A DNA stretch of 64,000 bases. Origin: Eledone cirrhosa. Lineage: Eukaryota. Position 1 is the stretch's first letter; every line of letters begins with the position of its first letter. The notes beneath the pieces were generated by a model. That model was not told the origin of the DNA and made no database searches. It worked only from the letters and a program-made list of their open reading frames with translations. Made by a program: the position numbers and the translations under genes. This document shows, one piece after another, positions 25,801-42,339 of the stretch. The stretch lies in contig OZ024740.1 of NCBI GenBank assembly GCA_964016885.1, forward strand, positions 215,760,001-215,824,000, read 5' to 3'.

Positions 25801-28800
25801 AGGAATGTGGTGGACCAGAGATGGCTTTATACAGGAATGTGGTGGACCAGAGGTGGCTTTATACAGGAATGTGGTGGACCAGAGGTGGCTTTATACAGGA
25901 ATGTGGTGGACCAGAGGTGGCTTTATACAGGAATGTGGTGGACCAGAGATGGCTTTATACAGGAATGTGGTGGACCAGAGATGGCTTTATACAGGAATGT
26001 GGTGGACCAGAGGTGGCTTTATACAGGAATGTGGTGGACCAGAGATAGCTTTATACAGGAATGTGGTGTACCAGAGATAGCTTTATACAGGAATGTGCTA
26101 GGCCAGAGATGGCTTTATACAGGAATGTGGTGGACCAGAGATGGCCTTATACGGGAATGTGGTGGGCCAGAGATGGCTTTATACAGGAATGTGGTGGACC
26201 AGAGATGGCTTTATACAGGAATGTGCTTGGCCAGAGATGGCTTTATACAGGAATGTGGTGAACCAGCGATGGCTTTATACAGGAATGTGGTGGGCCAGAC
26301 ATGGCTTTATACAGGAATGGGGTGGGCCAGAGACGGCTTTATACAGGAATGTGGTGAACCAGCGATGGCTTTATACAGGAATGGGGAGGGCCAGACATGA
26401 CTTTATACAGGAATGTGGTAGGTCAGACATGGCTTTATACAGGAATGGGGTGGGCCAGAGATGGCTTCATACAGGAATGTGGTGGGACCAAGATGACTTT
26501 ATACAGGAATGTGCTGGGCTGGAGATGGCTTTATATAGGAATATGGTAGGTCGACATGGCTTTATACAGGAATGTGGTGGACCAGAGGTGGCTTTATACA
26601 GGAATGGGGTGGACCAGAGATGGCTTTATACAGGAATGTGGTGGACCAGAGATGGCTTTATACAGGAATGTGGTGGACCAGAGGTGGCTTTATACAGGAA
26701 TGGGGTGGACCAGAGATGGCTGTACACAGGAATGGGGTGGACCAGAGATGGCTTTATACAGGAATGTGGTGGACCAGAGGTGGCTTTATACAGGAATGGG
26801 GTGGACCAGAGATGGCTTCATACAGGAATGTGGTGGACCAGATATGGCTTTATACAGGAATGTGGTGGACCAGAGGTGGCTTTATACAGGAATGGGGAGG
26901 GCCAGACATGACTTTATACAGGAATGTGGTAGGTCAGACATGGCTTTATACAGGAATGGGGTGGGCCAGAGATGGCTTTATACAGGAATGTGGTGGGACC
27001 AAGATGACTTTATACAGGAATGTGCTGGGCTGGAGATGGCTTTATACAGGAATATGGTAGGTCGACATGGCTTTATACAGGAATGGGGTGGACCAGACAT
27101 GGCTTTATACAGGAATGTGGTGGACCAGAGATGGCTTTATACAGGAATAGGGTGGACCAGGGATGGCTTTATACAGGAATGGTGTGGACCAGAGATGGCT
27201 TTATACAGGAATCGGGTGGACGAGGGATGGCTTTATACAGGAATAGGATGGACCAGAGATGGCTTTATACAGGAATGTGGTGTGCCAGAGATGGCTTTAT
27301 ACAGGAATAGGATGGACCAGGGATGGCTTTATACAGGAATGTGGTGGGCCAGAAATGGCTTTATACAGGAATGTGGTGGACCAGAGATGGCTTTATACAG
27401 GAATGTGGTGGACCAGAGATGGCTTTATACAGGAATGTGGTGGACCAGAGGTGGCTTTATACAGGAATGTGGTGGACCAGAGGTGGCTTTATACAGGAAT
27501 GTGGTGGACCAGAGATGGCTTTATACAGCAATGTGGTGGACCAGAGGTGGCTTTATACAGGAATGTGGTGGACCAGAGATGGCTTTATACAGGAATGTGG
27601 TGGACCAGAGGTGGCTTTATACAGGAATGTGGGGGCCCAGAGATGGCTTTATACAAGAATGTGGTTGACCAGAGATGGCTTTACACAGGTATGTGGTGGA
27701 CCAGAGATGGCTTTATACAGGAATGTGGTGGACCAGAGATGGCTTTATACAGGAATGTGGTTGACCAGAGATGGCTTTACACAGGAATGTGGTGGACCAG
27801 AGATGGCTTTATACAGGAATGTGGTTGACCAGAGGTGGCTTTATACAGGAATGTGGTAGACCAGAGATGGCTTTTTACAGGAATGTGGTGGTCCAGAGGT
27901 GGCTTTATACAGGAATGTGGTGGACCAGAGATGGATTTATACAGGAATGTGGTGGACCAGAGGTGGCTTTATACAGGAATGGGGTGGACCAGAGATGGCT
28001 TTACACAGGAATGGGGTGGACCAGAGATGGCTTTATACAGGAATGTGGTGGACCAGAGGTGGCTTTATACAGGAATGGGGTGGACCAGAGATGGCTTTAT
28101 ACAGGAATGTGGTGGACCAGAGATGGCTTTATACAGGAATGTGGTGGACCAGAGGTGGCTTTATACAGGAATGGGGTGGACCAGAGATGGCTTTACACAG
28201 GAATGGGGTGGACCAGAGATGGCTTTATACAGGAATGTGGTGGACCAGAGGTGGCTTTATACAGGAATGGGGTGGACCAGAGATGGCTTTATACAGGAAT
28301 GTGGTGGACCAGATATGGCTTTATACAGGAATGTGGTGGACCAGAGGTGGCTTTATACAGGAATGTTGTGGACCAGAGGTGGCTTTATACAGGAATGTGG
28401 TGGACCAGAGGTGGCTTTATACAGGAATGTGGTGGACCAGAGGTGGCTTTATACAGGAATGTGGTGGACCAGAGATGGCTTTATACAGGAATGTGGTGGA
28501 CCAGAGGTGGCTTTATACAGGAATGTGGTGGACCAGAGATGGCTTTATACAGGAATGTGGTAGACCAGAGATGGCTTTATACAGGAATGTTGTGGACCAG
28601 AGGTGGCTTTATACAGGAATGTGGTGGACCAGAGGTGGCTTTATACAGGAATGTGGTGGCCCAGAGATGGCTTTATACAGGAATGTGGTGGACCAGAGAT
28701 GGCTTTACACAGGAATGTGGTGGACCAGAGATGGCTTTATACAGGAATGTGGTGGACCAGAGATGGCTTTATACAGGAATGTGGTGGACCAGAGATGGCT

Positions 28801-31800
28801 TTATACAGGAATGTGGTGGACCAGAGGTGGCTTTATACAGGAATGTGGTGGACCAGAGGTGGCTTTATACAGGAATGTGGTGGACCAGGGATAGCTTTAT
28901 ACAGGAATGTGGTGGACCAGAGATGGCTTTATACAGGAATGTGGTGGACCAGAGGTGGCTTTATACAGGAATGTGGTGGACCAGAGATGGCTTTATACAG
29001 GAATGTGGTGGACCAGAGATGGCTTTATACAGGAATGTGGTGGACCAGAGGTGGCTTTATACAGGAATGTGGTGGACCAGAGATAGCTTTATACAGGAAT
29101 GTGGTGGACCAGAGATAGCTTTATACAGGAATGTGCTAGGCCAGAGATGGCTTTATACAGGAATGTGGTGGACCAGAGATGGCCTTATACGGGAATGTGG
29201 TGGGCCAGAGATGGCTTTATACAGGAATGTGGTGGACCAGAGATGGCTTTATACAGGAATGTGCTAGGCCAGAGATGGCTTTATACAGGAATGTGGTGAA
29301 CCAGCGATGGCTTTATACAGGAATGTGGTGGGCCAGACATGGCTTTATACAGGAATGGGGTGGGCCAGAGACGGCTTTATACAGGAATGTGGTGAACCAG
29401 CGATGGCTTTATACAGGAATGGGGAGGGCCAGACATGACTTTATACAGGAATGTGGTAGGTCAGACATGGCTTTATACAGGAATGGGGTGGGCCAGAGAT
29501 GGCTTCATACAGGAATGTGGTGGGACCAAGATGACTTTATACAGGAATGTGCTGGGCTGGAGATGGCTTTATACAGGAATATGGTAGGTCGACATGGCTT
29601 TATACAGGAATGGGGTGGACCAGACATGGCTTTATACAGGAATGTGGTGGACCAGAGATGGCTTTATACAGGAATAGGGTGGACCAGGGATGGCTTTATA
29701 CAGGAATGGTGTGGACCAGAGATGGCTTTATACAGGAATCGGGTGGACGAGGGATGGCTTTATACAGGAATAGGATGGACCAGAGATGGCTTTATACAGG
29801 AATGTGGTGTGCCAGAGATGGCTTTATACAGGAATAGGATGGACCAGAGATGGCTTTATACAGGAATAGGATGGACCAGGGATGGCTTTATACAGGAATG
29901 TGGTGGGCCAGAAATGGCTTTATACAGGAATGTGGTGGACCAGAGATGGCTTTATACAGGAATGTGGTGGACCAGAGATGGCTTTATACAGGAATGTGGT
30001 GGACCAGAGGTGGCTTTATACAGGAATGTGGTGGACCAGAGGTGGCTTTATACAGGAATGTGGTGGACCAGAGATGGCTTTATACAGCAATGTGGTGGAC
30101 CAGAGGTGGCTTTATACAGGAATGTGGTGGACCAGAGATGGCTTTATACAGGAATGTGGTGGACCAGAGGTGGCTTTATACAGGAATGTGGGGGCCCAGA
30201 GATGGCTTTATACAAGAATGTGGTTGACCAGAGATGCCTTTACACAGGAATGTGGTGGACCAGAGATGGCTTTATACAGGAATGTGGTGGACCAGAGATG
30301 GCTTTATACAGGAATGTGGTTGACCAGAGATGGCTTTACACAGGAATGTGGTGGACCAGAGATGGCTTTATACAGGAATGTGGTTGACCAGAGGTGGCTT
30401 TATACAGGAATGTGGTAGACCAGAGATGGCTTTTTACAGGAATGTGGTGGTCCAGAGCTGGCTTTATACAGGAATGTGGTGGACCAGAGATGGATTTATA
30501 CAGGAATGTGGTGGACCAGAGGTGGCTTTATACAGGAATGGGGTGGACCAGAGATGGCTTTACACAGGAATGGGGTGGACCAGAGATGGCTTTATACAGG
30601 AATGTGGTGGACCAGAGGTGGCTTTATACAGGAATGGGGTGGACCAGAGATGGCTTTATACAGGAATGTGGTGGACCAGAGATGGCTTTATACAGGAATG
30701 TGGTGGACCAGAGGTGGCTTTAGACAGGAATGGGGTGGACCAGAGATGGCTTTACACAGGAATGGGGTGGACCAGAGATGGCTTTATACAGGAATGTGGT
30801 GGACCAGAGGTGGCTTTATACAGGAATGGGGTGGACCAGAGATGGCTTTATACAGGAATGTGGTGGACCAGATATGGCTTTATACAGGAATGTGGTGGAC
30901 CAGAGGTGGCTTTATACAGGAATGGGGAGGGCCAGACATGACTTTATACAGGAATGTGGTAGGTCAGACATGGCTTTATACAGGAATGGGGTGGGCCAGA
31001 GATGGCTTTATACAGGAATGTGGTGGGACCAAGATGACTTTATACAGGAATGTGCTGGGCTGGAGATGGCTTTATACAGGAATATGGTAGGTCGACATGG
31101 CTTTATACAGGAATGGGGTGGACCAGACATGGCTTTATACAGGAATGTGGTGGACCAGAGATGGCTTTATACAGGAATAGGGTGGACCAGGGATGGCTTT
31201 ATACAGGAATGGTGTGGACCAGAGATGGCTTTATACAGGAATCGGGTGGACGAGGGATGGCTTTATACAGGAATAGGATGGACCAGAGATGGCTTTATAC
31301 AGGAATGTGGTGTGCCAGAGATGGCTTTATACAGGAATAGGATGGACCAGGGATGGCTTTATACAGGAATGTGGTGGGCCAGAAATGGCTTTATACAGGA
31401 ATGTGGTGGACCAGAGATGGCTTTATACAGGAATGTGGTGGACCAGAGATGGCTTTATACAGGAATGTGGTGGACCAGAGGTGGCTTTATACAGGAATGT
31501 GGTGGACCAGAGGTGGCTTTATACAGGAATGTGGTGGACCAGAGATGGCTTTATACAGCAATGTGGTGGACCAGAGGTGGCTTTATACAGGAATGTGGTG
31601 GACCAGAGATGGCTTTATACAGGAATGTGGTGGACCAGAGGTGGCTTTATACAGGAATGTGGGGGCCCAGAGATGGCTTTATACAAGAATGTGGTTGACC
31701 AGAGATGGCTTTACACAGGAATGTGGTGGACCAGAGATGGCTTTATACAGGAATGTGGTGGACCAGAGATGGCTTTATACAGGAATGTGGTTGACCAGAG

Positions 31801-34800
31801 ATGGCTTTACACAGGAATGTGGTGGACCAGAGATGGCTTTATACAGGAATGTGGTTGACCAGAGGTGGCTTTATACAGGAATGTGGTAGACCAGAGATGG
31901 CTTTTTACAGGAATGTGGTGGTCCAGAGGTGGCTTTATACAGGAATGTGGTGGACCAGAGATGGATTTATACAGGAATGTGGTGGACCAGAGGTGGCTTT
32001 ATACAGGAATGGGGTGGACCAGAGATGGCTTTACACAGGAATGGGGTGGACCAGAGATGGCTTTATACAGGAATGTGGTGGACCAGAGGTGGCTTTATAC
32101 AGGAATGGGGTGGACCAGAGATGGCTTTATACAGGAATGTGGTGGACCAGAGATGGCTTTATACAGGAATGTGGTGGACCAGAGGTGGCTTTATACAGGA
32201 ATGGGGTGGACCAGAGATGGCTTTACACAGGAATGGGGTGGACCAGAGATGGCTTTATACAGGAATGTGGTGGACCAGAGGTGGCTTTATACAGGAATGG
32301 GGTGGACCAGAGATGACTTTATACAGGAATGTGGTGGACCAGATATGGCTTTATACAGGAATGTGGTGGACCAGAGGTGGCTTTATACAGGAATGTTGTG
32401 GACCAGAGGTGGCTTTATACAGGAATGTGGTGGACCAGAGGTGGCTTTATACAGGAATGTGGTGGACCAGAGGTGGCTTTATACAGGAATGTGGTGGACC
32501 AGAGATGGCTTTATACAGGAATGTGGTGGACCAGAGGTGGCTTTATACAGGAATGTGGTGGACCAGAGATGGCTTTATACAGGAATGTGGTAGACCAGAG
32601 ATGGCTTTATACAGGAATGTTGTGGACCAGAGGTGGCTTTATACAGGAATGTGGTGGACCAGAGGTGGCTTTATACAGGAATGTGGTGGCCCAGAGATGG
32701 CTTTATACAGGAATGTGGTGGACCAGAGATGGCTTTACACAGGAATGTGGTGGACCAGAGATGGCTTTATACAGGAATGTGGTGGACCAGAGATGGCTTT
32801 ATACAGGAATGTGGTGGACCAGAGATGGCTTTATACAGGAATGTGGTGGACCAGAGGTGGCTTTATACAGGAATGTGGTGGACCAGAGGTGGCTTTATAC
32901 AGGAATGTGGTGGACCAGGGATAGCTTTATACAGGAATGTGGTGGACCAGAGATGGCTTTATACAGGAATGTGGTGGACCAGAGGTGGCTTTATACAGGA
33001 ATGTGGTGGACCAGAGATGGCTTTATACAGGAATGTGGTGGACCAGAGATGGCTTTATACAGGAATGTGGTGGACCAGAGGTGGCTTTATACAGGAATGT
33101 GGTGGACCAGAGATAGCTTTATACAGGAATGTGGTGGACCAGAGATAGCTTTATACAGGAATGTGCTAGGCCAGAGATGGCTTTATACAGGAATGTGGTG
33201 GACCAGAGATGGCCTTATACGGGAATGTGGTGGGCCAGAGATGGCTTTATACAGGAATGTGGTGGACCAGAGATGGCTTTATACAGGAATGTGCTAGGCC
33301 AGAGATGGCTTTATACAGGAATGTGGTGGACTACAGATAGCTTTATACAGGAATGTGGTGGGCCAGAGATGGCTTTATACAGGAATGTGCTAGGTCAGAG
33401 ATGGCTTTATACAGGAATGTGGTGGACCAGAGATGGCTTTATACAGGAATGTGCTAGGCCAGAGATGGCTTTATACAGGAATGTGGTGAACCAGCGATGG
33501 CTTTATACAGGAATGTGGTGGGCCAGACATGGCTTTATACAGGACTGGGGTGGGCCAGAGACGGCTTTATACAGGAATGTGGTGAACCAGCGATGGCTTT
33601 ATACAGGAATGGGGAGGGCCAGACATGACTTTATACAGGAATGTGGTAGGTCAGACATGGCTTTATACAGGAATGGGGTGGGCCAGAGATGGCTTCATAC
33701 AGGAATGTGGTGGGACCAAGATGACTTTATACAGGAATGTGCTGGGCTGGAGATGGCTTTATACAGGAATATGGTAGGTCGACATGGCTTTATACAGGAA
33801 TGGGGTGGACCAGACATGGCTTTATACAGGAATGTGGTGGACCAGAGATGGCTTTATACAGGAATAGGGTGGACCAGGGATGGCTTTATACAGGAATGGT
33901 GTGGACCAGAGATGGCTTTATACAGGAATCGGGTGGACGAGGGATGGCTTTATACAGGAATAGGATGGACCAGAGATGGCTTTATACAGGAATGTGGTGT
34001 GCCAGAGATGGCTTTATACAGGAATAGGATGGACCAGAGATGGCTTTATACAGGAATAGGATGGACCAGGGATGGCTTTATACAGGAATGTGGTGGGCCA
34101 GAAATGGCTTTATACAGGAATGTGGTGGACCAGAGATGGCTTTATACAGGAATGTGGTGGACCAGAGATGGCTTTATACAGGAATGTGGTGGACCAGAGG
34201 TGGCTTTATACAGGAATGTGGTGGACCAGAGGTGGCTCTATACAGGAATGTGGTGGACCAGAGATGGCTTTATACAGCAATGTGGTGGACCAGAGGTGGC
34301 TTTATACAGGAATGTGGTGGACCAGAGATGGCTTTATACAGGAATGTGGTGGACCAGAGGTGGCTTTATACAGGAATGTGGGGGCCCAGAGATGGCTTTA
34401 TACAAGAATGTGGTTGACCAGAGATGGCTTTACACAGGAATGTGGTGGACCAGAGATGGCTTTATACAGGAATGTGGTGGACCAGAGATGGCTTTATACA
34501 GGAATGTGGTTGACCAGAGATGGCTTTACACAGGAATGTGGTGGACCAGAGATGGCTTTATACAGGAATGTGGTAGACCAGAGATGGCTTTTTACAGGAA
34601 TGTGGTGGTCCAGAGGTGGCTTTATACAGGAATGTGGTGGACCAGAGATGGATTTATACAGGAATGTGGTGGACCAGAGGTGGCTTTATACAGGAATGGG
34701 GTGGACCAGAGATGGCTTTTCACAGGAATGGGGTGGACCAGAGATGGCCTTATACAGGAATGTGGTGGACCAGAGGTGGCTTTATACAGGAATGGGGTGG

Positions 34801-37800
34801 ACCAGAGATGGCTTTATACAGGAATGTGGTGGACCAGAGATGGCTTTATACAGGAATGTGGTGGACCAGAGGTGGCTTTATACAGGAATGTTGTGGACCA
34901 GAGGTGGCTTTATACAGGAATGTGGTGAACCAGAGGTGGCTTTATACAGGAATGTGGTGGACCAGAGGTGGCTTTATACAGGAATGTGGTGGACCAGAGA
35001 TGGCTTTATACAGGAATGTGGTGGACCAGAGGTGGCTTTATACAGGAATGTGGTGGACCAGAGATGGCTTTATACAGGAATGTGGTAGACCAGAGATGGC
35101 TTTATACAGGAATGTTGTGGACCAGAGGTGGCTTTATACAGGAATGTGGTGGACCAGAGGTGGCTTTATACAGGAATGTGGTGGCCCAGAGATGGCTTTA
35201 TACAGGAATGTGGTGGACCAGAGATGGCTTTACACAGGAATGTGGTGGACCAGAGATGGCTTTATACAGGAATGTGGTGGACCAGAGGTGGCTTTATACA
35301 GGAATGGGGTGGACCAGAGATGGCTTTACACAGGAATGGTGTGGACCAGAGATGGCTTTATACAGGAATGGTGTGGACCAGAGATGGCTTTATACAGGAA
35401 TGTGGTGGACCAGAGATGGCTTTATACAGGAATGTGGTGGACCAGAGATGGCTTTATACAGGAATGTGGTGGACCAGAGATGGCTTTATACAGGAATGTG
35501 GTGGACCAGAGGTGGCTTTATATAGGAATGTGGTGGACCAGAGATGGCTTTATACAGGAATGTGGTGAACCAGAGGTGGCTTTATACAGGAATGTGGTGG
35601 ACCAGAGATGGCTTTATACAGGAATGTGTTGGACCAGAGGTGGCTTTATACAGGAATGTGGTGGCCCAGAGATGGCTTTATACAGGAATGTGGTTGACCA
35701 GAGATGGCTTTACACAGGAATGTGGTGGACCAGAAATGGCTTTATACAGGAATGTGGTGGACCAGAGGTGGCTTTATACAGGAATGTGGTAGACCAGAGA
35801 TGGCTTTATACAGGAATGTGGTGGACCAGAGGTGGCTTTATACAGGAATGTGGTGGACCAGAGATGCCTTTATACAGGAATGTGGTGGACCAGAGGTGGC
35901 TTTATACAGGAATGGTGTGGACCAGAGATGGCTTTATACAGGAATGGGGAGGGCCAGACATGACTTTATACAGGAATGTGGTAGGTCAGACATGGCTTTA
36001 TACAGGAATGGGGTGGGCCAGAGATGGCTTTATACAGGAATGTGGTGGGACCAAGATGACTTTATACAGGAATGTGCTGGGCTGGAGATGGCTTTATACA
36101 GGAATGTGATAGACCAGAGATGGCTTTTTACAGGAATGTGGTGGACCAGAGATGGCTTTATACAGGAATGTGGTGTACCAGAGGTGGCTTTATACAGGAA
36201 TGTGGTGGACCAGAGGTGGCTTTACACAGGAATGTGGTGGACCATAGATGGCTTTATACAGGAATGTGGTGGACCAGAGATGGCTTTATACAGGAATGTG
36301 GTGGACCAGAGATAGCTTTATACAGGAATGTGCTAGGCCAGAGGTGGCTTTATACAGGAATGTGGTGGACCAGAGGTGGCTTTATACAGGAATGTGGTGG
36401 ACCAGAGATGGATTTATACAGGAATGTGGTGGACCAGAGGTGGCTTTATACAGGAATGTGGTGGACCAGAGATGGCTTTATACAGGAATGTGGTGTACCA
36501 GAGGTGGCTTTATACAGGAATGTGGTGGACCAGAGATGGCTGTATACAGGAATGTGGTGGACCAGAGATGGCTTTATACAGGAATGTGGTGGACCAGAGG
36601 TGGCTTTATACAGGAATGGGGTGGACCAGAGATGGCTTTACACAGGAATGGGGTGGACCAGAGATGGCTTTATACAGGAATGTGGTGGACCAGAGGTGGC
36701 TTTATACAGGAATGGGGTGGACCAGAGATGGCTTTATACAGGAATGTGGTGGACCAGAGATGGCTTTATACAGGAATGTGGTGGACCAGAGGTGGCTTTA
36801 TACAGGAATGTTGTGGACCAGAGGTGGCTTTATACAGGAATGTGGTGGACCAGAGGTGGCTTTATACAGGAATGTGGTGGACCAGAGGTGGCTTTATACA
36901 GGAATGTGGTGGACCAGAGATGGCTTTATACAGGAATGTGGTGGACCAGAGGTGGCTTTATACAGGAATGTGGTGGACCAGAGATGGCTTTATCCAGGAA
37001 TGTGGTAGACCAGAGATGGCTTTATACAGGAATGTTGTGGACCAGAGGTGGCTTTATACAGGAATGTGGTGGACCAGAGGTGGCTTTATACAGGAATGTG
37101 GTGGCCCAGAGATGGCTTTATACAGGAATGTGGTGGACCAGAGATGGCTTTACACAGGAATGTGGTGGACCAGAGATGGCTTTATACAGGAAAGGTGTGG
37201 ACCAGAGATGGGTTTATACAGGAATGTGGTGGGACCAGAGATGGCTTTATACAGGAATGTGGTGGACCAGAGGTGGCTTTATACAGGAATGGGGTGTACC
37301 AGAGATGGCTTTACACAGGAATGGTGTGGACCAGAGATGGCTTTATACAGGAATGGTGTGGACCAGAGATGGCTTTATACAGGAATGTGGTGGACCAGAG
37401 ATGGCTTTATACAGGAATGTGGTGGACCAGAGATGGCTTTATACAGGAATGTGGTGGACCAGAGATGGCTTTATACAGGAATGTGGTGGACCAGAGGTGG
37501 CTTTATATAGGAATGTGGTGGACCAGAGATGGCTTTATACAGGAATGTGGTGAACCAGAGGTGGCTTTATACAGGAATGTGGTGGACCAGAGATGGCTTT
37601 ATACAGGAATGTGTTGGACCAGAGGTGGCTTTATACAGGAATGTGGTGGCCCAGAGATGGCTTTATACAGGAATGTGGTTGACCAGAGATGGCTTTACAC
37701 AGGAATGTGGTGGACCAGAGACGGCTTTATACAGGAATGTGGTGGACCAGAGGTGGCTTTATACAGGAATGTGGTAGACCAGAGATGGCTTTATACAGGA

Positions 37801-40230
37801 ATGTGGTGGACCAGAGGTGGCTTTATACAGGAATGTGGTGGACCAGAGATGCCTTTATACAGGAATGTGGTGGACCAGAGGTGGCTTTATACAGGAATGG
37901 TGTGGACCAGAGATGGCGTTATACAGGAATGGTGTGGACCAGAGGTGGCTTTATACAGGAATGTGGTGGACCAGAGATGGCTTTATACAGGAATGTGGTG
38001 GACCAGAGATGGCTTTATACAGGAATGTGGTGGACCAGAGGTGGCTTTATACAGGAATGTGGTGGACCAGAGATGACTTTATACAGGAATGTGATAGACC
38101 GGAGATGGCTTTTTACAGGAATGTGGTGGTCCAGAGGTGGCTTTATACAGGAATGTGGTGGACCAGAGATGGATTTATACAGGAATGTGGTGGACCAGAG
38201 GTGGCTTTATACAGGAATGTGGTGGACCAGAGATGGCTTTATACAGGAATGTGGTGGACCAGAGGTGGCTTTATACAGGAATGTGGTGGACCAGAGATGG
38301 CTTTATACAGGAATGTGGTGGACCAGAGGTGGCTTTACACAGGAATGTGGTGGACCATAGATGGCTTTATACAGGAATGTGGTGGACCAGAGGTGGCTTT
38401 ATACAGGAATGTGGTGGACCAGAGGTGGCTTTATACAGGAATGTGGTGGACCAGAGATGGCTTTATACAGGAATGTGGTGGACCAGAGGTGGCTTTATAC
38501 AGGAATGTGGTGGACCAGAGAATGCTTTATACAGGAATGTGGTGGACCAGAGGTGGCTTTATACAGGAATGTGGTGGACCAGAGGTGGCTTTATACAGGA
38601 ATGGTGTGGACCAGAGATGGCTTTATACAGGAATGTGGTGAACCAGAGATGGCTATATACAGGAATGTGGTGGACCAGAGGTGGCTTTATACAGGAATGT
38701 GGTGGACCAGAGATGGCTTTATACAGGAATGTGGTGGACCAGAGATGGCGTTATACAGCAATGTGGTGGACCAGAGGTGGCTTTACACAGGAATGTGGTG
38801 GACCAGAGATGGCTTTATACAGGAATGTGGTGGACCAGAGGTGGCTTTATACAGGAATGTGGTAGACCAGAGAATGCTTTATACAGGAATGTGGTGGACC
38901 AGAGGTGGCTTTATACAGGAATGTGGTGAACCAGCGGTGGCTTTATACAGGAATGGTGTGGACCAGAGATGGCTTTATACAGGAATGTGGTGGACCAGAG
39001 GTGGCTTTATACAGGAATGTGGTGGACCAGAGATGGCGTTATACAGCAATGTGGTGGACCAGAGGTGGCTTTACACAGGAATGTGGTGGACCAGAGATGG
39101 CTTTATACAGGAATGTGGTGGACCAGAGGTGGCTCTATACAGGAATGTGGTAGACCAGAGAATGCTTTATACAGGAATGTGGTGGACCAGAGGTGGCTTT
39201 ATACAGGAATGTGGTGAACCAGAGGTGGCTTTATACAGGAATGGTGTGGACCAGAGATGGCTTTATACAGGAATGTGGTGGACCAGAGGTGGCTTTATAC
39301 AGGAATGTGGTGGACCAGAGATGGCTTTATACAGGAATGTGGTGTACCAGAGGTGGCTTTATACAGGAATGTGGTGGACCAGAGATGGCTTTATACAGGA
39401 ATATGGTGGACCAGAGATGGCTTTATACAGGAATGTGGTGGACCAGAGATGGCTTTATACAGGAATGTGGTGGACCAGAGATAGCTTTATACAGGAATGT
39501 GCTAGGCCAGAGATGGATTTATACAGGAATGTGGTGGACCAGAGGTGGCTTTATACAGGAACGTGGTGGACCAGAGATGGCTTTATACAGGAATGTGGTG
39601 TACCAGAGGTGGCTTTATACAGGAATGTGGTGGACCAGAGATGGCTTTATACAGGAATATGGTGGACCAGAGATGGCTTTATACAGGAATGTGGTGGACC
39701 AGAGATGGCTTTATACAGGAATGTGGTGGACCAGAGATAGCTTTATACAGGAATGTGCTAGGCCAGAGGTGGCTTTATACAGGAATGTGGTGGACCAGAG
39801 GTGGCTTTATACAGGAATGTGGTGGACCATAGATGGATTTATACAGGAATGTGGTGGACCAGAGGTGGCTTTATACAGGAATGTGGTGGACCAGAGATGG
39901 ATTTATACAGGAATGTGCTAGGCCAGAGATGGCTTTATACAGGAATGTGGTGGACCTGAATTGGCTTTATACAGGAACGTGCTAGGCCAGAGATGACTTT
40001 ATACAGGAATGTGGTGGACCTGAATTGGCTTTATACAGGAATGTGGTCCAGGGATGGCTTTATACAGGAATGTGGTCCAGGGATGGTTTTATACAGGAAT
40101 GTGGTCCAGGGATGGTTTTATACAGAAATGGGGTCCAGGAATGGTTTTATATATGAATGTGAAACAGGGATGGTTTTATATATCAATGTGGTCCAGGGAT
40201 AGTTTTATATATGAATGTAGTGGATCAGAT
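16855..40230. repeat. 32-bp satellite array, ~730 copies, with higher-order repeats
   Basis: Consensus GGAATGTGGTGGACCAGAGATGGCTTTATACA. Recurrent variant blocks; the unit shortens to 30 bp and decays at ~40040-40230. Confidence 0.99.
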
Positions 40231-40309
40231 GTTCTCTCTCACTGCCCCTGGTATAGAAGTTTCTTTGTTTGCTAGGGAAATGGTCATAGATTATATTTGT
40301 AGAGTTTAC

Positions 40310-42250
<1,941 letters not shown>

Positions 42251-42339
42251 AGACCTTGTTTACAGAACCATGATGGTTGTCCTTACAGTTTGGCAACATA
42301 GACACTTTAAAGCTGGAAATTAGCAGACATTTTGGGGAC

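Noticed and set aside
16777-39921. Dozens of long plus-strand ORFs (MALYRNVVDQRWLYTGMWWTRDGFIQECGGPE repeats)
   Set aside because: Artefact of a stop-free 32-bp unit: the same peptide appears in all three frames, and variants introduce stops and frameshifts freely.
16855-40230. CRISPR-like array (32-bp repeat length)
   Set aside because: Units are directly adjacent with no unique spacers, there are no cas genes, and the context is eukaryotic.
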